From the IMG/VR virus record IMGVR_UViG_2563366971_000008: DNA of 12,702 nt; one strand, 5' to 3'. This DNA is from a virus (Duplodnaviria; Heunggongvirae; Uroviricota; Caudoviricetes). The first letter of the stretch is position 1; each line of letters begins with the position of its first letter. The translations under genes were made by a program, and so were the position numbers. Positions 1 to 7,323 of the stretch are shown in pieces. The notes below the pieces were generated by a model. It did no database searches, had not been told where the DNA came from, and saw only the letters and a list, made by a program, of their open reading frames with translations.

Positions 1-1698
1 CTATACTTTAAAGAACTTATTTGTCGAAGATAACTCAAGGATCGAGTTACTCATCATCATTTTCATGTCCGCATCTTCTGAAAACTTATCACTTAATATT
101 GACACAATATATTGACCATTTATATTATTTGCTTCAAAAAATATATCTCTAATTTGATTCACATCGACATCTTCAATGCTATCATGAATAACAAAAGTAG
201 GTCTCTTTAATTTAATCTTATCCACAAACTTAATATAAGCCAAATCAAATGCAGTTATTTCACCTTTCTTCTTGCCGCCATTACTGTTTGGTGTAACGCA
301 TGATATATCAAAATTACACTTACCTTTATCAACATCAAAGGAAAGATCAAAAATGTATCTTTCCCCATATATTTCCTTTGTAAGATCACCAAAAAACTCA
401 TTGAAAATCTCGATGTTTTTTTCCAGACCTTGAACTGCTAACTCTATTTCTAAAAGTAATTTCTCTCGACTATCTTCAAGAGATTTTATGAGGGCATTTG
501 TATCATTAATACGCGAAAGATTAGACTCTATGCTAGCAAGATTTTCACGTAATTCAGTAAGCTTATTAAATAATTGATTTATAGACTTTAATGTTTCAGG
601 TTCTTTGATTGTTCTAAATAGGGATGATTCTTGTTCATGAAGATCATTGATTTTTTTATTTACAGTTTCTATTTCTTCTTTTTTCTTTAACAATTCAGAT
701 TCTAAAAAACTGATTTTATTCTTAATAATATCATTATGGAACAATACCATTTCTTCGTAAGTCCTTTTAAGTTCCCCATTAAAATAAATCCCCGCAGAAT
801 TATATATTTCCATTAAATCATTTTCTACAAGTTGTATGATATTATTCTTCAAGGACAAGATCGATTCTTCGATATTTCTTACTCGCATATTTAAGGAGGC
901 ATAGCTCAAAGAATAATCACTGATATTCTTCTGTATTTCTGAAAGCTTTTTTAAGCTTTCATCATGACTATCTTTAAAATCGAAGTTCTTAATATTTCTT
1001 TCCGCCTCTGCAATTTCTTTCTTCAGAGGCTTAATCATTTTTGCTAAAACAGTCTCTCTATTTGGATTCCTGTATGCGGCAAGATATGTCTTTTGTTTTT
1101 TTATCACTTTGTTAAAATCACCTTTTTTCTTTATCAGAGGTAGCCCATTGAACCCAAATAAAAACAAGTATAATAGATCATAGACATCAGGAGTCGTATT
1201 CCCATGTAAGAAATTAAGCGTTTTCTGCATTTTATCATTCGTGTTTCTAATAAATTTATGCGAAACATTCCTCAGTGATGGCTTATCTGTAGTTAACCCA
1301 AACACTGCTTGAGCTATAAATTCAGAATATTGTTTCTTATCTACTTCAACATCATTTAAAAAATATTTTGAATTTTTATCATCAATAGATATTATACGTG
1401 AAATAACTGCCTTTTTATTTTCTACCGTATTGAAATCCAATGAAAATTTCAAAACATTATTATTAATTAACGATACAATTTCAGGTATATCTTTTCCAAA
1501 CTCTGCATCATGATAAATATCATGACCTGATGACATAAATAAATAATCTAAAACACGCGATAATGTGGATTTACCTACACTATTGCCGCTATCTTTGCCT
1601 GATGTTCTTTTATTTACAATTAGATTCAGACCGTCTTTAAACGTCACCTCTCTTACAAGAGAGTCATTTTTTAAAATAATAAGTTTATTGAGCCTCAT
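1..1698 (-). CDS. SMC/ABC-type P-loop ATPase with central coiled coil (565 aa); candidate defence ATPase
   Basis: Complete ORF with ATG at 1698-1696 and stop at 3-1. N-terminus reads like an SMC/RecF head, with Walker A SGNSVGKST around residues 37-45. Residues about 200-440 are K/E/L-rich and heptad-like. C-terminus has a signature-like SNGG and a Walker B-like TFVIHD around residues 501-506. A GGTGGA Shine-Dalgarno sits upstream. Confidence 0.8.
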   Translation of the reverse strand: MRLNKLIILKNDSLVREVTFKDGLNLIVNKRTSGKDSGNSVGKSTLSRVLDYLFMSSGHDIYHDAEFGKDIPEIVSLINNNVLKFSLDFNTVENKKAVISRIISIDDKNSKYFLNDVEVDKKQYSEFIAQAVFGLTTDKPSLRNVSHKFIRNTNDKMQKTLNFLHGNTTPDVYDLLYLFLFGFNGLPLIKKKGDFNKVIKKQKTYLAAYRNPNRETVLAKMIKPLKKEIAEAERNIKNFDFKDSHDESLKKLSEIQKNISDYSLSYASLNMRVRNIEESILSLKNNIIQLVENDLMEIYNSAGIYFNGELKRTYEEMVLFHNDIIKNKISFLESELLKKKEEIETVNKKINDLHEQESSLFRTIKEPETLKSINQLFNKLTELRENLASIESNLSRINDTNALIKSLEDSREKLLLEIELAVQGLEKNIEIFNEFFGDLTKEIYGERYIFDLSFDVDKGKCNFDISCVTPNSNGGKKKGEITAFDLAYIKFVDKIKLKRPTFVIHDSIEDVDVNQIRDIFFEANNINGQYIVSILSDKFSEDADMKMMMSNSILELSSTNKFFKV

Positions 1699-1904
1699 AT
1701 ACTATTCCACCATTTCCATCTAACTCAATTGCGCCGATTATGAAAAGCCAATCTAATTAGTAAAGAAAAAGATCAAACGATAACTCGAAGATAGAATTTA
1801 CTAAATCATACAATCGAGATATTTCAATGACCATTGAATCATTACTTTGAAAGATCCTAAGCACTACACTTCCAATATATACAGGATTTGCTTTTGGATC
1901 CGTA
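1699..1904 (-). promoter_or_regulatory. 206-bp AT-rich spacer inside the cassette with a candidate internal sigma70-like promoter for the ATPase gene
   Basis: On the minus strand, TTTACT, a 17-nt spacer, then ATAATC lies about 30 nt upstream of the ATPase ATG. The gap is unusually long for an operon. This is motif inspection only. Confidence 0.25.
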
Positions 1905-2453
1905 TCAATTGTAATCATTTGGATTCTCCAGCACTATACATTCGATAATAGCATAGCTAACAATCATACGAATGCCATAATCAATATCTTCCTGTAAAAA
2001 CTCTGAATCTAAATTAGAACACGAACTAACTGTTTCTTGAGCAGCTCTAATAACATCATCTATAATATTATCCGAGTTTTTCCTTATGAGTTCAATGTTA
2101 AATGGTTTCTCATAAAGACCATATAATCCCAATGCAGTATTATAATAACCTCTAAACTGTCTTTTCAATTTGACACTACCATTTAAAATTATAGCATCAA
2201 GTGTTTTTATGGATTCATCAACTAGCAGAGCATCTTCTTTATAAAGTTCAGCTACCCATCTGTTTCTTTTAAGATCATTGAATTCTATTTTAACATCAAT
2301 ATTTGATGCTATTCTGTTTAAGTTTTGCTCGCTACCAACTGAATTAGAAATAATTTCAATTAACTTACCAATAACACTGGCTCTTAACATTCTTGGCTGG
2401 TTGTTTATATGCACAGGACCAGTATTATTATTGAAATTAACACCAGAACCCAT
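1905..2453 (-). CDS. hypothetical protein (182 aa), middle gene of the cargo cassette
   Basis: ORF with ATG at 2453-2451, preceded by a GGGGG Shine-Dalgarno formed by the last codons of the upstream gene (stop-TT-ATG coupling). No catalytic motif recognised; few His/Cys. Same strand and AT-rich composition as its neighbours. Confidence 0.7.
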   Translation of the reverse strand: MGSGVNFNNNTGPVHINNQPRMLRASVIGKLIEIISNSVGSEQNLNRIASNIDVKIEFNDLKRNRWVAELYKEDALLVDESIKTLDAIILNGSVKLKRQFRGYYNTALGLYGLYEKPFNIELIRKNSDNIIDDVIRAAQETVSSCSNLDSEFLQEDIDYGIRMIVSYAIIECIVLENPNDYN

Positions 2454-2455
2454 AA

Positions 2456-2728
2456 TTACCCCCGATTATCAATATTCACAGGACCATTATTATCTTGAAA
2501 ATATTGAGAACGCGCTCCTTGATTAATGAAGTTTCTATTAGTTGTAATTTTTACAATCTGGGAATTAAGATCATTTATTGTAATGTTAAGTTGTTTTATC
2601 TCATTATCTTTCTTGGTTACTTGCATAGTCTGATATATTGCTATACATCCAGAGATCACCCCAACAATATATCCAAAGGCACTTACATATTCGTTAGCAA
2701 GTAGTGATGCAATCATTTGGAGCTCCAT
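2456..2728 (-). CDS. small single-pass membrane protein (90 aa; possibly 86 aa from the second ATG at 2716)
   Basis: The ORF carries a hydrophobic stretch VSAFGYIVGVISGCIAIY (about residues 15-32) followed by a charged helical tail. The internal ATG at 2716 has a better Shine-Dalgarno (GGAG, 6-nt spacer) than the first ATG. First gene of the cassette. Confidence 0.6.
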   Translation of the reverse strand: MELQMIASLLANEYVSAFGYIVGVISGCIAIYQTMQVTKKDNEIKQLNITINDLNSQIVKITTNRNFINQGARSQYFQDNNGPVNIDNRG

Positions 2729-2985
2729 TTCAAGCTGAAAGATTTAAAGTCACAACAATCTCATCCTATTAGGGTAGCTAGGATAGCAACTCATGAAGAG
2801 TAAATAAATAGGTATTAATCATTATCGTTTACATGATCTAATTCAACATAGATCCACTCATGGCCTCTATACTTTCTCATAAACACAGTGTTTAGCTATG
2901 TGGGCTTAAGAGGTCTAAATTGATGTACTTACTTTATCAATTGATATAACCCCAAATTATAATCGTTTCATATCATTGACGCGCA

Positions 2986-3004
2986 GTGCTTTCCCCGCCT
3001 CGCC
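2986..3004 (-). other. P2/P4-type cos site (19-nt cohesive-end core)
   Basis: Minus strand reads GGCGAGGCGGGGAAAGCAC, which I recall as the P2/P4 cohesive-end sequence. It lies just downstream of psu, as in P4. Confidence 0.6.
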
Positions 3005-3027
3005 CGCCCGCTTTGTGGGGCGGTTTT
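3004..3027 (+). terminator. GC hairpin plus T-run next to cos
   Basis: CCGCCC, loop GCTTTGTG, GGGCGG, then TTTT. It overlaps the cos-flanking sequence, so the function is uncertain. Confidence 0.3.
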
Positions 3028-3105
3028 AATGCAGTTGTACTGACACGCTCAGACTGCGCCGGGAATGGCGCGGTCTGCAGAAAATGAGGCAGGGAAACGC
3101 ATGCA

Positions 3106-3138
3106 AAGCCATGCACCTTATCGATGCATGGCTTTTTT
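3106..3138 (+). terminator. rho-independent terminator-like hairpin between cos and psu
   Basis: Perfect 10-bp stem AAGCCATGCA / TGCATGGCTT with a 9-nt loop, followed by TTTTTT on the plus strand. An A-run precedes it on the minus strand, so it may act in both directions, including for the psu transcript. Confidence 0.5.
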
Positions 3139-3168
3139 CAGTAAAAACGGGCGGATTTTCGGGGAATT

Positions 3169-3741
3169 TTACACAGACTGACGTGATGCCAGTTGCGCAC
3201 TTTTACGCGAAAAAATCATGTTCTGCGCAGGGGTGAATTTTTCACGGCTGTCATCCACCGAAGCCGCGTCAGGCCTGAATCCGATGGTCGTTAAAATGTC
3301 GCTATCCTGTGCGGAATAATTAATTTTTTCCCCCTTCGCAAGCCAGGACAGAAGGGCTTCACGCAGGGCATCTGTGGCACGCTGTATGGCACAGTTTCGG
3401 GCAATGGCCGTCAGCTCACTGTAGCCCATCAGCTCCGGTGCCAGTGCGGCCGCCAGTGCTGTGCCGTGCTGCTGCATAAAATCATTCAGCCGGTCGCGGA
3501 TGCTGATGTGCTGAACGGCTTCATGCGAACGAATATAACGACCGGCAGCCTGATTCACCTGCCATTTTCTGACTTCGATAATATTGCGTAATTCGTCCAG
3601 GCGACTGACGTTTCTGCCTTCCCCTGACAGAAGCCGCAGATATTCCTGTTCGGCCGCAGCCAGCTCATTTTTGCGTTGCAGCCATGCTGCTTTGTTATTC
3701 TGACAGGTGTCAAAGGCCTGCTGTAAGGCTGTGCTTTCCAT
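3169..3741 (-). CDS. psu: Psu-like polarity suppression / capsid decoration protein (190 aa)
   Basis: 190 aa, the same length as P4 Psu, and last gene of the sid-delta-psu block next to cos. N-terminus MESTALQQAF matches my recollection of P4 Psu. Confidence 0.85.
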   Translation of the reverse strand: MESTALQQAFDTCQNNKAAWLQRKNELAAAEQEYLRLLSGEGRNVSRLDELRNIIEVRKWQVNQAAGRYIRSHEAVQHISIRDRLNDFMQQHGTALAAALAPELMGYSELTAIARNCAIQRATDALREALLSWLAKGEKINYSAQDSDILTTIGFRPDAASVDDSREKFTPAQNMIFSRKSAQLASRQSV

Positions 3742-3814
3742 CGTTATCTCTTTCTCATCATGCTGAAGAATAAAAATACGGTGTGCGGCGACGGCCGGTG
3801 TTAACCGGCAGCCC

Positions 3815-4315
3815 TCATTCCAGACGCAGCGAATATGATTGTGTTTTTAAGCGTACTGGCGGCAGTTCCTGTTTTTCATGCAGGCTTTCTGCCAGTTCGT
3901 CCGGCGTGACCGGGCGGACAATAAAACGGTTGATGGTCTGAAGCGTTTTAAACACCAGACCACATCCCGGATCCGTGCACACATAAAAACGCTCGGTGAC
4001 TTCCTGAGACAGACGCCGCGATGTTCTTGACAGTGCAAGGCCTTTACATCTCCGACAACAATATCCGGTAACAAGCATTCTTTTCGGGCGTTTCATACTG
4101 CCGGAGGCTGACGTCAGTGAATCGCGGTATCTCTGTTTGCCTGAAATGTATTCCATTCCTGAATCTTTACTGTCAGAGAAAAAGCTTTCACTCGCTTCAA
4201 ATGTCGCAGAGCAATAAATATTCCGGCACTGTGCAATCATTATCTTGGTGCCATCGTCCATGAAATGTGCGCGGCGGGTGTGAGCAACATGTCCACACGA
4301 CGGGCAGTAAATCAT
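3815..4315 (-). CDS. delta: Delta-like late transcription activator (166 aa, tandem Ogr-type zinc finger)
   Basis: Two Ogr-like Cys motifs (CPSCGH...CRNIYC and CRRCKG...CTDPGC). 166 aa equals P4 Delta. Its ATG overlaps the sid stop (ATGA), as in P4. Confidence 0.85.
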   Translation of the reverse strand: MIYCPSCGHVAHTRRAHFMDDGTKIMIAQCRNIYCSATFEASESFFSDSKDSGMEYISGKQRYRDSLTSASGSMKRPKRMLVTGYCCRRCKGLALSRTSRRLSQEVTERFYVCTDPGCGLVFKTLQTINRFIVRPVTPDELAESLHEKQELPPVRLKTQSYSLRLE

Positions 4316-5064
4316 GACAGCACTCCTCTGGCCTTAAGCACTGCTCCCTGCTGGTCTATTTTGTCCTGCCACACCTTGCGCTGTGCCGGTGTGCCTGCCA
4401 CCTCATAATCCATGTGAGGAAGTGTTGCCGCTGACAGTCCGGTCAGCCGGAGAACCGGCTCGCCGGTGAGGCTGATTTGCATCTGTTTAATTTTCTGTTC
4501 CAGCGATGATTTCACCTGCTGCATGACAGCCTTTTCCGGTGCGACGTAGCCCTGATGGCCGGTGGTGTTGGCGAGCGGATTTTCCTGTACCAGAATGCTC
4601 AGATGCATTGCCCGGACAAGCGCCTCACAGGTTTCATTCAGGGCGTGTTCCAGCTCATGCTCTGCATACAGACTCAGAAGGTGATGATGTGCCTTCCGGT
4701 AGGCGGTGGCCGTGCTGTCACACGCCCCTTTCAGGCGTTCACGTTCGAAATTCAGCACCACGGCCAGATTGTCATATTCCTGTACCAGCTCCCGGCGTGC
4801 CACGCGCTCAATGTGGCGCTGTTTCAGCTCGTCGCTCAGGACACCACCGGCTGCACGAAAGGCCGTGCGCCAGTCGTCAGCGTCGTTTCCGTCGGCCTGC
4901 GCCAGCGCATTTTTTTCCTGCTCTGCCCGTTCAATGGCCGTGACGGTCTCATCCATCAGGCGGGCGTTCTCAAGATGGGCGGCTCTGGCCTTTTCCAGTT
5001 GTGCCAGCGCGGGTTGCAGATATTCAGGGATGGTGTTGTCAGACATTTTCCGGCTCCTCGTCAC
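4312..5064 (-). CDS. sid: Sid-like external scaffold / capsid size determination protein (250 aa)
   Basis: Position upstream of delta with translational coupling. Size is close to P4 Sid (about 244 aa). Alanine- and glutamate-rich helical protein. Confidence 0.8.
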   Translation of the reverse strand: MTRSRKMSDNTIPEYLQPALAQLEKARAAHLENARLMDETVTAIERAEQEKNALAQADGNDADDWRTAFRAAGGVLSDELKQRHIERVARRELVQEYDNLAVVLNFERERLKGACDSTATAYRKAHHHLLSLYAEHELEHALNETCEALVRAMHLSILVQENPLANTTGHQGYVAPEKAVMQQVKSSLEQKIKQMQISLTGEPVLRLTGLSAATLPHMDYEVAGTPAQRKVWQDKIDQQGAVLKARGVLS

Positions 5065-5080
5065 TTCAGGTTAAGAAAAT

Positions 5081-5136
5081 TGTGACGTACACCGGACAAC
5101 AACACGACGCATTGCAGATGTGCCAGCCCTGACACA
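5081..5136. promoter_or_regulatory. two TGT-N12-ACA dyads upstream of sid (candidate Ogr/Delta activator sites, Psid-like late promoter)
   Basis: TGT-N12-ACA at 5081-5098 and 5119-5136. This is the P2/P4 late-promoter activator dyad architecture, located just upstream of the sid start. Confidence 0.35.
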
Positions 5137-5214
5137 GGAGACTCATCCTCACACCGGCAAGCCAGGAAAAGGTCGCAGGAAAAACCGGCTTACTGTTTGT
5201 TTTTTATATTTTAC

Positions 5215-5318
5215 TGTTCACCTCTGTTCACCTTAATAAAAAAGATAATTAATACAGTAAGTTAAAGGGTGAACAATCGCAGTAATGACTGTTCACCGTC
5301 TGTTCACCACTGTTCACC
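5215..5318. repeat. iteron cluster: five direct and one inverted copy of TGTTCACC (P4 ori-like alpha-binding sites)
   Basis: TGTTCACC at 5215, 5225, 5290, 5301 and 5311, mostly at 10-11 bp spacing, with an inverted copy at 5268-5275. TGTTCACC is the P4 type I iteron bound by alpha. Confidence 0.6.
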
Positions 5319-5422
5319 CGTTCATGGACTTTTTGTGCTGTTTATTACTTTTTATTTTTATTAATTCGCCGGGAATGAATAAGAAAAAACGATTTGTATT
5401 TCACTATAAAAATTACGAATTG

Positions 5423-5452
5423 CTTTAAGTGGCTTTAAATGACTTTAAGTGG
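5423..5452 (+). promoter_or_regulatory. three tandem 10-bp repeats (CTTTAAGTGG / CTTTAAATGA / CTTTAAGTGG) upstream of the alpA-like gene
   Basis: Exact head-to-tail 10-bp periodicity about 145 bp upstream of the early-gene start. Candidate operator or early-promoter element. Confidence 0.4.
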
Positions 5453-5597
5453 AGATGAACAAAAAACACACAAGCATTATAAGACTGCCGGAACAAATCC
5501 CCCCTGTTGCGTCTGCTGAAAATATTCACAAAATAAAGCGCTACCCGAAGCCGGACGGACTTATCCGGTGCTGTATGGACATTAACGAGGTAGCCCG

Positions 5598-5864
5598 ATG
5601 CAAGCTGTTTTTTCTTCCCCGTCTCCCGCCCCTGTGACGCCACTGATGCCGCTGCCGGACATCACGCAGGAGCGTTTTTTACGTCTGCCGGAAGTGATGC
5701 ACCTGTGCGGCCTGTCACGCTCGACCATCTATGAACTCATCCGTAAGGGGGAATTTCCGCCGCAGGTGAGTCTTGGCGGTAAAAATGTGGCCTGGCTGCA
5801 CTCTGAAGTCACTGCATGGATGGCCGGGCGCATTGCCGGACGCAAACGGGGGTACGACGCATGA
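5598..5864 (+). CDS. alpA: AlpA-family (P4 orf88/Vis-like) helix-turn-helix transcriptional regulator (88 aa)
   Basis: 88 aa with the characteristic LRLPEV...[17 protein letters not shown] helix-turn-helix. GAGG Shine-Dalgarno 7 nt upstream of the ATG. Confidence 0.85.
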   Translation: MQAVFSSPSPAPVTPLMPLPDITQERFLRLPEVMHLCGLSRSTIYELIRKGEFPPQVSLGGKNVAWLHSEVTAWMAGRIAGRKRGYDA

Positions 5865-6262
5865 TGATGCCCGCTCTGCAAAAACTCCCTTTTTCTGGCT
5901 TGCCTTTTTCCGGCATTTGCGGATATAGTTTTTCCGCTGCCGCAAAATCGGCAGCCGGGCGTGGAAACCCGAGCAATTCACAGGCGACATATGACGCGCC
6001 ATGCGTCTTTTTTTGTGTCGCAATCAACGCCACAGAGCGCCAGATTATGGTGTGGTGTGTGGTCAGTCGTGCAGATGGCATTCCGTGCATCCTGCCCGCG
6101 TCCGCTCATTATGCCGCAGAGTCAATGGTAGCTCAGGCGGGGCAGCCTCCGGGCTGGCCGGTATCCTGTGAAGCCGGTATTTCCACCCCCGTCTGGGCTA
6201 TCGCCATCGAGCGTGGAAACTCCGGCGATAGCGTTATTTGCTATTCACAGGAGGCTGCCATC

Positions 6263-6460
6263 ATGGCTACAACCCTTACCCCCTCACACCCTGAATTTGT
6301 CTTTGTGTTTGCGGCTGTCCGTCGCACAGACCGTCATCCCCGTATCTGTATGCTTCGCACCGTCGCCGGTGATGAACGCAGTGCCCGCCGTTCCCTTGTC
6401 CGTGACTATGTGCTCTCCCTTGCTGCCCGTCTGCCGGTGGTGGAGGTGTCCCGTGCGTAA
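6263..6460 (+). CDS. hypothetical small protein (65 aa); start uncertain
   Basis: ATG at 6263 with GGAGG 8 nt upstream. The frame stays open upstream to 5816, but that part looks non-coding (low complexity, Cys/Trp-rich). Confidence 0.3.
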   Translation: MATTLTPSHPEFVFVFAAVRRTDRHPRICMLRTVAGDERSARRSLVRDYVLSLAARLPVVEVSRA

Positions 6461-6740
6461 TAAAAAAGCCCCTCAGACCGTCTCAGCGCGTCATGACGCC
6501 CGTGAACACCTCAGCATTGAGGCTTACCATAAGCTCAACCGCGCCAGCGCCGTATCCCAGTTTGTTGGGGGTGATTTGATTCACCGTGAACTCTCCGGCC
6601 TGCATCAGCTCTACATTCCGCATATTTTCAGTTACCTGAATGAAGATATTGATTTTGTGCTGAATGAGCTGAAAGCCAAAGGCCTGTGCCGCGATTTTCT
6701 CGCCCAGCAGAAAGACCGGGGAGACAGGACGCATGTTTGA
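6453..6740 (+). CDS. small protein (95 aa), positional equivalent of P4 epsilon (derepression protein)
   Basis: GTG start at 6453 with GGAGG 6 nt upstream. It overlaps the previous stop and the next start. Size and position between the orf88-like and orf151-like genes match P4 eps; the sequence itself was not verified. Confidence 0.5.
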   Translation: MRNKKAPQTVSARHDAREHLSIEAYHKLNRASAVSQFVGGDLIHRELSGLHQLYIPHIFSYLNEDIDFVLNELKAKGLCRDFLAQQKDRGDRTHV

Positions 6741-7188
6741 TTTTCCCCAGCCCGGTGAGATTTACCGTTCTGCCGGTTTTCCCGATGTGGCCGTGGTCGG
6801 CATTCTGGAAGACGGTATTCCGTGGGAAATGCCGTACCGCTGCCCGGACATTGTCTGGAACCCGTACCGCCGTAAATTCAGTATCCTTGTGCGTATCCTC
6901 GCTGACGGGCGCACCACAGACATCCCGCTGGGGCGTTTTCTGCGGGAATTTACCTGTGACCGTCCTGACCTGTTCAGACGCAGCCCCGTAAACCGGCATG
7001 CGGTACTGAAAGAAATGGCCGGAGACCCGGAATTACAGAAATGGCGGGAGAAATATCTGGATATTTACCCGCAGGACCCTGTTCCGGTCAGCCGGGCGGC
7101 ACCGGTGGCGCGGGAATGGCGGGAAATTCCCCGCACGGAGCCTGACCCGGAAATCACACCGGATAACAGTTACCGCAATTATCTGTAA
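6733..7188 (+). CDS. P4 orf151-like protein (151 aa)
   Basis: ATG overlaps the upstream stop (ATGTTTGA). 151 aa, same as P4 orf151, in the conserved position before orf106 and alpha. Confidence 0.7.
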   Translation: MFDFPQPGEIYRSAGFPDVAVVGILEDGIPWEMPYRCPDIVWNPYRRKFSILVRILADGRTTDIPLGRFLREFTCDRPDLFRRSPVNRHAVLKEMAGDPELQKWREKYLDIYPQDPVPVSRAAPVAREWREIPRTEPDPEITPDNSYRNYL

Positions 7189-7323
7189 TTAAAAAACGAC
7201 ACCCGAAAAATTAAATGTGCGTATTCGCGCAGGGATACGCACGTCTTCAGGAGACGCAGATATGCCTTATCAGTTAATGCAACCGGCACGGAATGCAGTC
7301 ATCTGTCACAGGGAGGAAAGCAA

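Noticed and set aside
2278-2704. Plus-strand ORFs of 82 aa (2278-2526) and 69 aa (2495-2704)
   Set aside because: They are antisense to and fully overlapped by the better-supported minus-strand cassette genes. They are low-complexity hydrophobic translations of AT-rich DNA with no Shine-Dalgarno.
3847-4074. 75-aa minus-strand ORF inside delta
   Set aside because: Alternative frame of the delta gene. The zinc-finger frame is clearly the real one.
4539-5085. Three plus-strand ORFs (134, 176, 122 aa) over sid
   Set aside because: Antisense to sid in GC-rich DNA, where long spurious ORFs are expected. Arg/Ser/Pro-rich translations with no ribosome-binding sites.
5425-5643. 62-aa plus ORF (GTG start at 5449) and 72-aa minus ORF in the leader upstream of alpA
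   Set aside because: They lie in a repeat-rich regulatory leader and overlap the alpA start, with poor start context. This may correspond to the P4 immunity or kil region, but I cannot support a coding call from sequence alone.
5816-6262. Upstream part of the 214-aa plus ORF and the overlapping minus-strand ORFs at 5715-6090
   Set aside because: The listed start overlaps alpA out of frame. The translation is Cys/Trp/Ala-rich and not protein-like. Only the C-terminal 65 codons, which have a GGAGG Shine-Dalgarno, were retained as a low-confidence CDS.
6168-6999. 190-aa plus ORF N-terminal extension and overlapping ORFs (6483-6734 minus, 6628-6999 minus, 6686-6991 plus)
   Set aside because: Alternative-frame or antisense translations. 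The GTG start at 6453 with a Shine-Dalgarno and the ATG start at 6733 explain the coding signal.
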